DNA of 64,000 nt from Haplodiscus bocki (taxonomy: Eukaryota): NCBI GenBank assembly GCA_965655095.1, contig OZ296651.1:54932001-54996000 (forward strand). The letters are read 5' to 3'. Below are positions 10,911-23,814 of this stretch, piece after piece. Position numbers and translations under genes: made by a program. Within the stretch, counting starts at the first letter, position 1, and each line of letters opens with the position of its first letter. Under the pieces are notes generated by a model, which made no database searches, was not told the origin of the DNA, and saw only the letters and a program-made list of their open reading frames with translations.

Positions 10911-13900
10911 GTCATTAGTACTACGGCACATTTTAACCTCACGAAGTACTCGTAGTGTTACGCTTTTTCGCACGACATTTTGCGACTTCGTCCCAAACAA
11001 AGAATTTGAAAAGTTTTGAAATTTTGTCCAAGACGCTGTAAAGCTGCGTGTGATTACAGGAAGGACAACTATAGTAGCGGTCAAAACGCGCAACTCAAAA
11101 AATTCTTGCTCTTTAATTTAATTTACTTTAATTTCTTAGCTTAGACCCTGAACTCTTCCGAGTTTTTTCCTAATTTGCGATGCATATGCGAATAATGGTC
11201 AAGGTAGAACCCTATGCATCAGCATAGAGACCGTTACAAGGCAAATTCAAAGAAAATCATGACAAGTGCAATTCTCAAGTTCCTCTGAAGAACTCATTCG
11301 AAGCAGCACTAGTAGCGGGAATGGCCGAGTAAGTTTTCAATTGTAATGGGGTTGATATCCAGGTAAGGGTGCAGATTGTCTGAGGATGTGGGAACTGGAA
11401 AAAAAATTAGATTTTTCCCAAATCCCGTTCACTGGAAAGCGAGGTTAGGCTAACTAGGAGGAGGACTGGCGAACTTTTACTCTCGAATAGTTTTCAATTC
11501 CAATGCGGAATACAATCGCGGCAATGAAGTGGTCAGTCTCAGTTGGCGAGAATTCACGGCATTAAAAAATTGTAATCAAATAATTGAACCTTTTGTACTG
11601 CGTTCGGAGAGGAAATAACTGGTAGGAAGAGTGGAGGTCGGCGAAGTCGAATCATTGGAAAACATTTCATTTCAAGTTAGTATCCGGACAAATGCGTGGC
11701 AATTCCTAGACAGTGGAGATAAAGGGATCAACAACTTTGTGGAAACAATAGACTTCTTCCTTTTTGGGCTTAGGGAGGGGAAATAAGGGAAGGAGCAGCA
11801 CGAAAATTCAAGGTGGCTAAATATATGCAATTCTAATTGTTGTATTAACCCCAGCCTAGGCGTGACTTTTCCCAAGCCTTGCGGATGGGGGGGAGGAAAA
11901 AAATGGGCAATATTCAGAATTTCGTACATACATCAGGGACGGTATGGTAAAAAGTTGGAATGGTTGGTGGATTAAAAGTGGGAAAGTTTTCATTTCTACT
12001 GCAGGGTGGTATCCAGGAAAGCTGGCTCTTTGCGCAGCCTGTGAAAGTCCAGATATTCTCATAGTTTTTGTACAATGAGAATAATTCAACTTCAGAGTTG
12101 GTTAGGGAGTTTGGGCCGGTCAATGGAAGTGGCAGGTGAATTCAAAGGTAACTAGAATTACCATATTTAAGCTGCAATGAATTGGCTCGGAGTGTACAAG
12201 AGACGGTACAGTTTGATCATTTGACGAACCTAACTCGCTCTTGCCCATTTTGTTTTGTTTTTGCTGTCTCTGTGAACTGAATTATAACATTCGAACCATC
12301 AAGCTATATCTAAACAATCGCATATCTAAGGGACTCACTGTTGAAGTCAGCCCCTTTGGTGGTTGAACTGAACCTGGATGACCTTTGTTGACTTGAGATT
12401 GTTGTGCTTCAATATGGGTATGTAAACTGTTTTCCTTCGTGAGATATCGACCTTCAGCGTTTGCCCATTATTTTGAAAGATTCCATACTGCAACGATTCC
12501 TCAGGAAATGGCCTGTAAAACGAAATTAAAACTCGTTTAGAACGGACTGCAGCCAACGAGCTGTGGTCTATTTAGCCAATTAGTCATTAAAAAGGGAAGT
12601 GACATATTTGGAAGTCCTCGTTAAAGTTAGCTTGGACTTCCTTTTTTCACAAGCCTCCGTAGTCTTCTTGCTTGATGCATTTCTCCTTGGGTATGATTTT
12701 CTTGGGAATGATTGGCAGCCCGTTCAAGCAAACCCCTTACCCAGAAGTCCTTCAAATGGTTTCCCCAAATTTTTTCCAAAGTTCTATCCGCCTTCAGCTG
12801 CTACATTATTTTTACGTTAGCATACCGAAAGCTGAGCGCAGCCTCTTAAAACACCGACACTGGTGATTTCCATACCAATTTTCCGATTTCCACTTTGAAG
12901 TCGAACCTTTTTGTTCCAACCTCGGTATCTCTTTACCTATTTGACGCAGTTTTCTCTTTTTTGGAAAAACCTCACAATACTCTAATCGACCGCTTTATTT
13001 TTTCTGGTTACGGTCTGATTGGTTTTTTGAAGGAAACTTGAAAATCGAGCTAATTTTGGATCTTTTCACGATATTTGTCTGATAAAATGTCTTTTAGTTC
13101 CAAATGTGGGCATCCGAACCGCCTAATGTTTGCACGAGTTAAACGAGCAGACTCCGTTTTGTCACCTACTTGATTTTGGTCCAAGTGCAACATTTTTTGG
13201 ATTGGTTTTTTATGCGAAAGAAACTTGAAAGTGGATCTTATCGTCACCTATTCGACAACATTGTCTTATAAGAAGTCCTTTCTTCACGCGCGTAGGCCTC
13301 CCAATTTCCTAATTTCTGCACAAATTTGTTTTGAAGAGACCCTCGTTTGTAACATACCAAAGTTTGGTTATGGTCGGAAGATTTTTCGAGTTCTTTTTCA
13401 AAAGATTATTGAATATCGATCTTTTTTGCCTATATCCTTCTTTATATAAAGCTTTATTTATTTTGGCTCCTGTGTCTTTGATTCAATTTTTTACAGCTTT
13501 AGTGGACAGATTTGCTCAAACCTAGCAGATTTTACAGTTTGGCTCTAAAAGTGTCCAGTAGGTTTCCTGTTCGAAAAAAATCTTGAAATTTGATCTGCTC
13601 TGAAATTTTCGTTCAATATTAGTCGTTTTTACTGGATGGTAAGTCTAAGAACACCGAGATTTTGAAAACTTAGAAGGACGAGACCTGATAAGGTTATCTG
13701 ATCCATTTTGGTAGAGTGGACGAATTTTTTCGATAGCTTTTCTGTCATGAAACTTTCACAATTGAGCTATTTGAGGCTATTTTGAAATTTGGTATTTTTC
13801 TGTCTATGAAGGTGAATATAAAATTGACCCAGATTCTGCGGTAGCACGGCAAAAAGACTCCAATCAGTTACCTATTGTTTTTGTGCTTTCCGGCGTCGAT

Positions 13901-16900
13901 CAGAAGGTTTTCAAGAGGATTTTAACGAAAGAAGTTTCAAGATCGAGATGTTTCAGCTATTTGAAATATTCTTGCGTGAAACTTTGTCCTTTATCCTGGA
14001 AGGAAAAACTGAAAATGGCAAAAGACTCCAATGTGCCCCCTATCGTTTGGTTGCTAGCAGAAACTCTTTCAGTAGTTTTTTTCCGAAAAAATTGAAACTG
14101 CGAAAAAATTAGGATTTTTCAAGTCTAGCTTCGTTTTAAATGCTTGAAGCACTGAGGTTTCATTTCGAAGTAGCTGGCACGTTTTGTTGGCTTTTGGGAA
14201 AGTTCTTGCGGAGACTCTAGCACTAAACCCTGAGCGCTTATGTTTCATTTTTTTAACGGAAACTATACCAAAAGCCTATTTTCTTCCGAAAAAAAGTTGG
14301 AACTTTGTTCCCAACGCTTTTCGTGATAAAGCTACATTTTTTGCGAAAAAGTTGGAGTTTTTTCCGAGAGCTTTTTGTGATAAACTACTTCTAAGATGGA
14401 AGGAATCGAATCGAGGAGTTCGAAACCCCGTATAGGCTATTTTCTCTACAATTTATATATGGCGCAGTGGGTGTCACAATGATTTTCGCAGCCACAGGTC
14501 GTGGGTTCGAACACGTGTGTAGGTCATTAGTACTACGGCACATTTTAACCTCACGAAGTACTCGTAGTGTTACGCTTTTTCGCACGACATTTTGCGACTT
14601 CTTCCCATATAAAGAATTTGAAATTTTGTCCAAAACGCTGTAAAGCTGAGTGTGATTACAGGAAGGACCACTATAGTAGCGGTCAAAACGCGCAACTCAA
14701 AAATTCTTGTTCTTTAATTCAATTTAATTTACTTCTTAGGTTAGACCCTGAACTCTTCCGAATTTTTTCCTAATTTGCGACACATATGCGAATAATGGTC
14801 AAGGAAGAACCCTATGCATCAGCATAGAGACCGTTACAACGCGAATTGAAAGAAAATCATGAAAAGTTCAATTTTCAAGTTCCTCTGAAGAACTCATTCG
14901 AAGCAGCACTAGTAGCGGGAATGGCCGAGTAAGTTTTCAATTGTAATGGGGTTGATATCCAGGTAAGGGTGCAGATTGTCTGAGGATGTGGGAACTGGAA
15001 AAAAAATTAGATTTTTCCCAAATCCCGTTCACTGGAAAGCGAGGTTAGGCTAACTAGGAGGAGGACTGGCGAACTTTTACTCTCGAATAGTTTTCAATTC
15101 CAATGCGGAATACAATCGCGGCAATGAAGTGGTCAGTCTCAGTTGGCGAGAATTCACGGCATTAAAAAATTGTAATCAAATAATTGAACCTTTTGTACTG
15201 CGTTCGGAGAGGAAATAACTGGTAGGAAGAGTGGAGGTCGGCGAAGTCGAATCATTGGAAAACATTTCATTTCAAGTTAGTATCCGGACAAATGCGTGGC
15301 AATTCCTAGACAGTGGAGATAAAGGGATCAACAACTTTGTGGAAACAATAGACTTCTTCCTTTTTGGGCTTAGGGAGGGGAAATAAGGGAAGGAGCAGCA
15401 CGAAAATTCAAGGTGGCTAAATATATGCAATTCTAATTGTTGTATTAACCCCAGCCTAGGCGTGACTTTTCCCAAGCCTTGCGGATGGGGGGGAGGAAAA
15501 AAATGGGCAATATTCAGAATTTCGTACATACATCAGGGACGGTATGGTAAAAAGTTGGAATGGTTGGTGGATTAAAAGTGGGAAAGTTTTCATTTCTACT
15601 GCAGGGTGGTATCCAGGAAAGCTGGCTCTTTGCGCAGCCTGTGAAAGTCCAGATATTCTCATAGTTTTTGTACAATGAGAATAATTCAACTTCAGAGTTG
15701 GTTAGGGAGTTTGGGCCGGTCAATGGAAGTGGCAGGTGAATTCAAAGGTAACTAGAATTACCATATTTAAGCTGCAATGAATTGGCTCGGAGTGTACAAG
15801 AGACGGTACAGTTTGATCATTTGACGAACCTAACTCGCTCTTGCCCATTTTGTTTTGTTTTTGCTGTCTCTGTGAACTGAATTATAACATTCGAACCATC
15901 AAGCTATATCTAAACAATCGCATATCTAAGGGACTCACTGTTGAAGTCAGCCCCTTTGGTGGTTGAACTGAACCTGGATGACCTTTGTTGACTTGAGATT
16001 GTTGTGCTTCAATATGGGTATGTAAACTGTTTTCCTTCGTGAGATATCGACCTTCAGCGTTTGCCCATTATTTTGAAAGATTCCATACTGCAACGATTCC
16101 TCAGGAAATGGCCTGTAAAACGAAATTAAAACTCGTTTAGAACGGACTGCAGCCAACGAGCTGTGGTCTATTTAGCCAATTAGTCATTAAAAAGGGAAGT
16201 GACATATTTGGAAGTCCTCGTTAAAGTTAGCTTGGACTTCCTTTTTTCACAAGCCTCCGTAGTCTTCTTGCTTGATGCATTTCTCCTTGGGTATGATTTT
16301 CTTGGGAATGATTGGCAGCCCGTTCAAGCAAACCCCTTACCCAGAAGTCCTTCAAATGGTTTCCCCAATTTTTTTCCAAAGTTCTATCCGCCTTCAGCTG
16401 CTACATTATTTTTAGGTTAGCATACCGAAAGCTGAGCGCAGCCTCTTAAGACACCGACACTGGTGATTTCCATACCAATTTTCCGATTTCCACTCTGAAG
16501 TCGAACCTTTTTGTTCCAACCTCGGTATCTCTTTACCTATTTGACGCAGTTTTCTCCTTTTTGGAAAAACCTTACAATACTCTAATCGACCACATTATTT
16601 TTTCTGGTTATGGTCTGATTGGTTTTTTGAAGGAAACTTGAAAATCGAGCTAATTTTGGATCTTTTCACGATATTTGTCTGATAAAATGTCTTTTAGTTC
16701 CAAATGTGGGCATCCGAACCGCCTAATGTTTGCACGGGCTAAACGAGCAGACTCCGTTTTGTCACCTACTTGATTTTGGTCCAAGTGCAACATTTTTTGG
16801 ATTGGTTTTTTATGCGAAAGAAACTTGAAAATGGATCCTATCGTCACCTATTCGACAACATTGTCTTATAAGAAGTCCTTTCTTTACGCGCGTAGGCCTC

Positions 16901-18028
16901 CCAATTTCCTAATTTCTGCACAAATTTGTTTTGAAGAGATCCTCGTTTGTAACATACCAAAGTTTGGTTATGGTCGGAGGATTTTTCGAGTTCTTTTTCA
17001 AAAGATTGTTGAAAATCGATTTTTTTGTGTATATCCTTGTTTATATAAAGCTTTTTTTATTTTGGCTCCTGTGTCTTTGATTCAATTTTTTACAGCTTTA
17101 GTGGACAGATTTGCTCAAACCTAGCAGATTTTACAGTTTGGCTCTAAAAGTGTCCAGTAGGTTTCCTGTTCGAAAAAAAATCTTGAAATTTGATCTGCTC
17201 TGAAATTTTCGTTCAATATTAGTCGTTTTTACTGGATGGTAATAAGTCTAAGAACACCGAGATTTTGAAAACTTAGAAGGACGAGACCTGATAAGGTTAT
17301 CTGATCCATTTTGGTAGAGTGGACGAATTTTTTCGGTAGCTTTTCTGTCATGAAACTTTCACAATTGAGCTATTTGAGGCTATTTTGAAATTTGGTATTT
17401 TTCTTGTCTATGAAGGTGAATATAAAATTGACCCATATTCTGCGGTAGCACGGCAAAAAGACTCCAATCAGTTACCTATTGTTTTTGTGCTTTCCGGCGT
17501 CGATCAGAAGGTTTTCAAGAGGATTTTAACGAAAGAAGTTTCAAGATCGAGATGTTTCAGCTATTTGAAATATTCTTGCGTGAAACTTTGTCCTTTATCC
17601 TGGAAGGAAAAACTGAAAATGGCAAAAGACTCCAATGTGCCCCCTATCGTTTGGTTGCTAGCAGAAACTCTTTCAGTAGTTTTTTTCCGAAAAAATTGAA
17701 ACTGCGGAAAAATTAGGATTTTTCAAGTCTAGCTTCGTTTTAAATGCTTGAAGCACTGAGGTTTCATTTCGAAGTAGCTGGCACGTTTTGTTGGCTTTTG
17801 GGAAAGTTCTTGCGGAGACTCTAGCACTAAACCCTGAGCGCTTATGTTTCATTTTTTTAACGGAAACTATACCAAAAGCCTATTTTCTTCCGAAAAGAAG
17901 TTGGAACTTTGGTCCCAACGCTTTTCGTGATAAAGCTACATTTTTTGCGAAAAAGTTGGAGCTTTTTTCCGAGAGTTTTTTGTGATAAACTACTTCTAAG
18001 ATGGAAGGAATCGAATCGAGGGGTTCGA
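10805..18028. repeat. ~3.6-kb head-to-tail duplication (copy 1 ~10806-14417, copy 2 ~14418-18028)
   Basis: 11281-12760 matches 14881-16360 at an offset of exactly 3600, and the ORF track is duplicated. GTTCGAA is present at the left end, the junction and the right end. Confidence 0.95.
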
Positions 18029-18949
18029 AGAGCAGCATCAGCTACGTTTTCTTAAACGAAAGATATACCAAAATACGTAGTTTGGGATCGTCAGAATCAA
18101 CTCCGTCTTTTGAGTATTTTAAACCACACGAGCACGCCGCCGACTCAGGGCGTTCTCGGCCTCTTTGCTTTTCCCTGAAAAATTCCTTCAAAATTGTCTT
18201 GAAACTGTTTATCGCTTATTGTGCCCGTTAACAGGTCTAGTCTCCCACCATTTTATTGTTATTGTGGTTTTGGTTATAGGCACTGTGCATTATTATAAAT
18301 ATGGTTTTAGGACTTCGGAAATCGATTTTTGGTTTTTTGACGCTTCTTCGTTGCTTTTGCGACCTCATTCAAAATGACTAATTTCGTGCGACCTTTGAAA
18401 ATACTATTTTTTCAGACTTGGAAAAGCGGAGTGAGAGTACAGGAGGGACCACAGGGGGGAGCATCATAGCAGCCACGAGAGCGCGCAAATCAAAAAAAAA
18501 TCTTGATCTAGTAAATATACAAGTAAAGGCGTAACCCCCGGGACTTTTGAATGCTTTTTCCGGGTTCACGGGAAAGCAGAATAAGCGTTAAGTATGGGTC
18601 CCTATGTTTTTGCGAGTGAGTACTCCCAAAATTTTTGCGAAGTCATATCCGCCTGGGCCGGCTCTGTAATTGAAATGGCAGCAAAATCTTCGGACACCAA
18701 ATGGAAATTTTTCGGACGTGAAAAAAATTCCAATGAATTCGGAATTTTTGTAAATAAATTGCTCAAAAGATTCCTTTGGACACCTAGAAGTTAATTTCGG
18801 GAGTTTCAACGCTTTTTACTCTGGTTTTCGCTAGGAATTGATATCTCTTTCGAATAAAGGATGAAAAATCTTGAAAACTTTCATTGTCATTCTGATAAAG
18901 TTTTGTCATTTTTGAATATCCTGGAAAGTAGGCCTTGAAATCACGCGAT

Positions 18950-19800
18950 TTTTGCATAGCTATATCCTAGACTTTTTAACACAGCATAGTATTTTTAAAT
19001 GCAGATTTTTATGTACAGCATAGTTTTTGGCTGCGATCCGACAGTTTTTCGAGAGGTTTTTTTCGGAAAACATCAAAATGGAGCTACTTTAGTCCATTTT
19101 TACACCATCAAATTGAAACTCATTTTTTGGCACATAGGCTTTACAAAAGTTTTTTTGCAAATTTTTGCACAATTGTCAAAACCAGACTTCTCTTTACATT
19201 TATTTTATTTTGGTTGCGTTCTGACAATTTTGGACAGGCTTTTTGCAAAATCTTGAAAATGGAGCTTATTGTGTTCATTTGGGTGAAGATTGGTCAAAAT
19301 AGAAATAAAAGATTTTCAAAACACCTAGTGTTTGAGAAACCAGAGTTATCTAATTCTATGTTCAAAAATATGTATTTTGGTTACGGTCCGACAATATTTC
19401 GACTGTCTTTTCGAGAGAAGCAGAAATAGGGCTAATTTTGCATATTTCAGCCATACCTCTGCATATTAAACGTCTTTTATTTTGCCATACCGAAAACCAA
19501 ATCACCTGAATTTTGCTCATGGGTTGCGGAAATACCCCAAATCTCCGTTATGTGAAACTTAGGTTTCTGACGGAATAGGAACTGGATTATCGGCCAATTT
19601 TAGAATACATCTTCAGGTTCGTAGTAATATTTTATCGACCGTTAAATACATTTCTATGTGAACAAGAGCATGAAACATCGTATCCAAGTTTTTGGAGTGG
19701 TCTGATCTTTTTAACTGATTTTACGAGAATAGTCGCAAAAATTTGCTATTTTCAACAAAATTTGTCTTTGTACACTTCTAACATAGTGTCTCAATACTTA
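18950..19800. repeat. Degenerate ~175-185-bp tandem repeat; related units at ~12990-13760 and ~16590-17360
   Basis: Motif resembling TTTGGTTACGGTCCGACAATTTTTCG recurs at ~19025, ~19210 and ~19376, and at ~13003 and ~13363. Confidence 0.5.
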
Positions 19801-21466
19801 TTTGACTCGGTTTAATTTTTGATCTTGAGAATACTGTAACCACCTAACCTGAATTGATTTTGGTTTCGAAAGTTTCAAAGCTGTGTTTTGACCCCGTAAA
19901 CATGAAAACTGATCATTTTCTTCGAGTTAACCGACGGGTTCAATTTTTGAAGATTTTTCATCACTGATGTCTGATGCAAAGCTTTATATGCCGACCACAT
20001 AGGCATATTGGGTCCTCATTTTCTCCGTATTCAATTTTGGTATCCATCCGCTTGAAGTTCTGAGATGGAAAGACATTGAAAATGATCAGTCTCTCGTAGT
20101 TTTCCTTATGACCAGTTTTTCATTTTTTTCTTTTACAAAAGGACAGCTGCTTTTAATGAGCCCCGGTGGGACGGGGACTCTCTGGAAAGCTGCTTAACCA
20201 TTGTTCGTGACATGGAATTTTCTTACCGGTTTTTCAGCGAACAGTGTTAGATGCTATGGCTTTTCTAGAAGGATTTAAACAGCATCACAAGCGTGAAGAT
20301 TTTTATTTTTCTTATCTCTTAACAAATATCGATAAAATTTTTCGTCTTCTTGTTGTTTTCCGCCTGCAAAAGGCCGTTTTGGTGTGTTGGTATCCATCCT
20401 AATTTTCTCAAGAATACGAAGATCGGTAGAATGGCAATGTTCTTGTCTGACTACTTGTTTGGCTCTGATATTTCTGCTCCCCACTGGGTCCCATTGTCTC
20501 GTTTGCACCGAAGTGGTGCATGAGCAAAGGGATTATCTGGGAAGCGCTGAGATTACAAAAAATGTATCTGCAACTTTCTGCAGAAAAAAAATACCTTGAG
20601 AATGTGCCGGCACAAATAAAATATATGCCGGAAGCTAAAGTATGGGAGCAGGTGGGATAGGGAAAATACGGGCCCGAATCATAAGTTTCTCATTGGAATG
20701 GGTGGTGAGGTGATTTCGTTCAGACCTTGCTGAAACAACAGTTCAACTATGACGGCTTTGTTAAAGCATTTATCTGATTGAAGAGGATTATAGAAGCTGT
20801 ATTGAAGTTTATTCGGAAGCTTGCAGCTGTTAACGAGTTATGTAGAAAACATTCATGGTGATATACTTATTTTTTTAAGGAATATTGGGTTCTCATGAAA
20901 AGAAGTAGCACAGGTCTGATGTCTCGTATTTGTCAAAAAAAGTGTCTTAAAATGCCAAAATTCCGTAGGCGGACACTTTGGTTCGTTATGCACTGTCTGC
21001 GAAACTCTTTGCGTAAAAAATCTTCAGTAGATTTCATAGAAAATATTTAGCAAGAAATTAAGTCGAAGTTTTTTTCGGAAAAAGTTATATTGGTGGTTTC
21101 GCTGCTTGCGTAATTCATTAGTTCGAAAGTTACTACGATTATTATTGCTGCTTCGTTTTTGAATTTTCCGAGAATTTAGGTAGTTTGAGGTATCAAGAGA
21201 AATGCCCCTGTTTTTTGTCTTTGAGAGCTGGTAGTGTAATCGTGGTCTATAATCTTCGGCGTTAAAGTGTGATTTGGTGTCTGAACAGCTCGTCGCATAA
21301 CCGACGAGAAAAAATGAAAAACCGCTGTATGTGGTAGCTGTGCGCTGACTAAACAAAACTACGCGATACACTCTGCTGTGGGAATATTCGCAAATTGCTT
21401 CACAACGCAGACAGCGAATTTTATACTTCTATAGCGGTGGCTATTGTTTTCGTAATACCATGATAT

Positions 21467-21839
21467 CAGGGTTGGTCGATACATATTGATGAATATAAAT
21501 TGATATTAATCCGAGATATATCCGATTTTTTTATTCCTAATTGATATTTTTTACAGCCTTTCTAATATGCATCGTAATTTGATCAGTATCTGGCAAAATT
21601 AATTCGAAAACAGTATCATTATTGCCAAAAAGCATAAGCTAACATGCCTCAATAGCAAATTCTAAAGGTTTTAAAGACTTCAAGACAAAATGGATCCTAA
21701 AATTTTTAGTTTTCGTGTATAGTTTAGCTTTATGATGGTTTTCAGTGCAATTTTCTAAACTTTTCTATTTATAGGATGTATATCTTCAAAAGTATCGGAT
21801 CGGTTGTTGTTTATATTAAATGTATTTTTGCCAACTCTG
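21467..21839. mobile_element. hAT-like MITE
   Basis: Imperfect TIRs CAGGGTTGGTCGATACAT / ATGTATTTTTGCCAACTCTG, flanked by an 8-bp near-duplication CATGATAT / CATTATAG (6/8). Confidence 0.6.
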
Positions 21840-22672
21840 CATTATAGGTAAACGCAACTGCTCCCTTTTTCTTACGTTACATTCGTATTAATGAAAACAT
21901 TTGAGCTCTTAAATTGTTCGACCGCTGAGCATTTTCTGGTTGAACCATTTACACTTTCAATTTTTATGGAAACGGGCAAACGAAACAAGCAAAGACTCTG
22001 CTGTTGGCAGGAATTTTCATAGTCGTCAGGCTTTCAAGTGGAATAAGAATGCTCTTCTGTCGACGTTTTACATTTTGTCATTGTTGCTGATAGTGGAAAG
22101 TGTTTGTCGTAAATCGCAATTGCACATTAACGAAACTACACGATAACAGTTCCATGAATCACAAGTCTCATCTCTCAATGCTCACTAGTCAGATTATAAT
22201 GTAACCAGTTAAACTTTCTGGTGTTTGCATTTGTGAGTATTTTTTCGGTATATGCACGGAGAGGAAGCATCACGAACTTTTCCTCGGTTTTGGAAAGTAA
22301 GACACAATTCATAGCATCAGTGGATGTAATTTGAGCATTTCTAAAAATTGTCCATTCGAATTGAGTATTTTGTTTCACGAAAAAAGTCACCGTCCTAAAA
22401 TGTCGACAAAAACTAATTTTCGTTTCCAAGCATGGTAATCGGGACTTCGCTAATGGTCAAAGTTGTATTTGAAGATCAACTTGAGGATTAATTTTGAAAT
22501 GACTATAATTGATAGATTCAACTTCAAAAGTTGAAATAAATGGTATCGTTCAATAACGTTCCACTATTTAATTTTTGAACCAATGGGATTCAACAACTTC
22601 TGAAATCGATTTTATGGTTCAATAGCGTTTTTCAGAAAAAACTGGTTAGCTGGTCTGATTTGGGTTGGGAAC

Positions 22673-23767
22673 ATGAGCGGGTACAAATGCCTCAAATGTG
22701 AGGAAGGTCCTTTTGCTAGAAGACATGCTCTGGAATCGCATCTTTACGAATGTCACTGTGGCAATATATACCCAATGAAATGCAATATATGTGAATCCGA
22801 ATTCCGGTCCATGCATAACCTCAAAAGACATCTGGAACGAATGCACAGCTCTTATACACAGCCCCCCTCTGATTGCTTTGTAATTAGAATATGCCCTTAT
22901 TGCGAGTCAGAATGTTTCGACTATTTTGATTTACAAAGCCATATTCTTTCGAAACACCAGCAGTGGAAGTTTTCATCAAAATCTGCAAAAAATAGTGCTC
23001 CTAAAAACCACCGAGTTGGCAAAAAGAAAACAGTAGATTCTTTTCTGGTACCAAGTAACGATAAATTCGTTTGCTTGATTGCAGGATGTGGTGCTAAATA
23101 TCCTAATAGAAAACTCCTCAGCTCCCATTTACGGGATCACAACCTGAAAAATTCTCCAAAATGTGAAAGGTGTGGAAGGTATAAAGAAACTGGTCCACAA
23201 AGTTTTGTTGGCTGTGAAAACGCAGATTCAAACAACGACGTTACTGAATGTCCCTGTAAGGCTACCCATTTGTTCGAATGTGACAAAAGTGATTTCTGTA
23301 AGAAGGCCTACAAAGCAGCTTGGCTTCTTGCTCGTCATTCGTTATCAAAACACGAAAATGTATCTTCGGCATTTGAGTGCAGATATTGCAGCACCCAATT
23401 TAAATCAGAGAAGAGCCTCCTGGAACACATGAAAGTTCATTTCCATCCGAAAAGTTATCATTGCAATGACTGTGGAGATCGATTCAATCAACGGTCGGCT
23501 TTGACAAGGCACGTTGCAACTGTTCACAACTTACGACGCTCCAATTTTTGCTGTGTATGTGGATTGAGTTTTTCTCAGAGCGGCAACCTCAAAGTCCATG
23601 TAGAAAAAGTTCATGAGCTGAAATGCCAGAAATGTTTCGGAGTTTTTCGCGCCAAAGATGTGGTTGAGTTAGAAAGCCATGTGAAAAATTGTCAAGAGAA
23701 ACCTATTTATCTCATGGAGGATGATTTCAACGATGTCATGCAAGAAATTGAAATTCATGACATCTGA
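22673..23767 (+). CDS. Multi-C2H2 zinc-finger protein (~8 C2H2 fingers plus a terminal C2HC), single coding exon, 364 aa
   Basis: Repeated CxxC..F.....L..H...H motifs, e.g. CNDCGDRFNQRSALTRHVATVH and CCVCGLSFSQSGNLKVHVEKVH, in an uninterrupted ORF. Confidence 0.92.
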   Translation: MSGYKCLKCEEGPFARRHALESHLYECHCGNIYPMKCNICESEFRSMHNLKRHLERMHSSYTQPPSDCFVIRICPYCESECFDYFDLQSHILSKHQQWKFSSKSAKNSAPKNHRVGKKKTVDSFLVPSNDKFVCLIAGCGAKYPNRKLLSSHLRDHNLKNSPKCERCGRYKETGPQSFVGCENADSNNDVTECPCKATHLFECDKSDFCKKAYKAAWLLARHSLSKHENVSSAFECRYCSTQFKSEKSLLEHMKVHFHPKSYHCNDCGDRFNQRSALTRHVATVHNLRRSNFCCVCGLSFSQSGNLKVHVEKVHELKCQKCFGVFRAKDVVELESHVKNCQEKPIYLMEDDFNDVMQEIEIHDI

Positions 23768-23814
23768 GTCCATTTTATTGCAATTTCTCTACTTTCAAGC
23801 ATGTGGAGAATATA

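Noticed and set aside
21320-21440. Tiny MITE bounded by ACCGCT.TA / TATAGCGGT
   Set aside because: The inverted match is only 8-9 bp, with no TSD and no second copy in the window.
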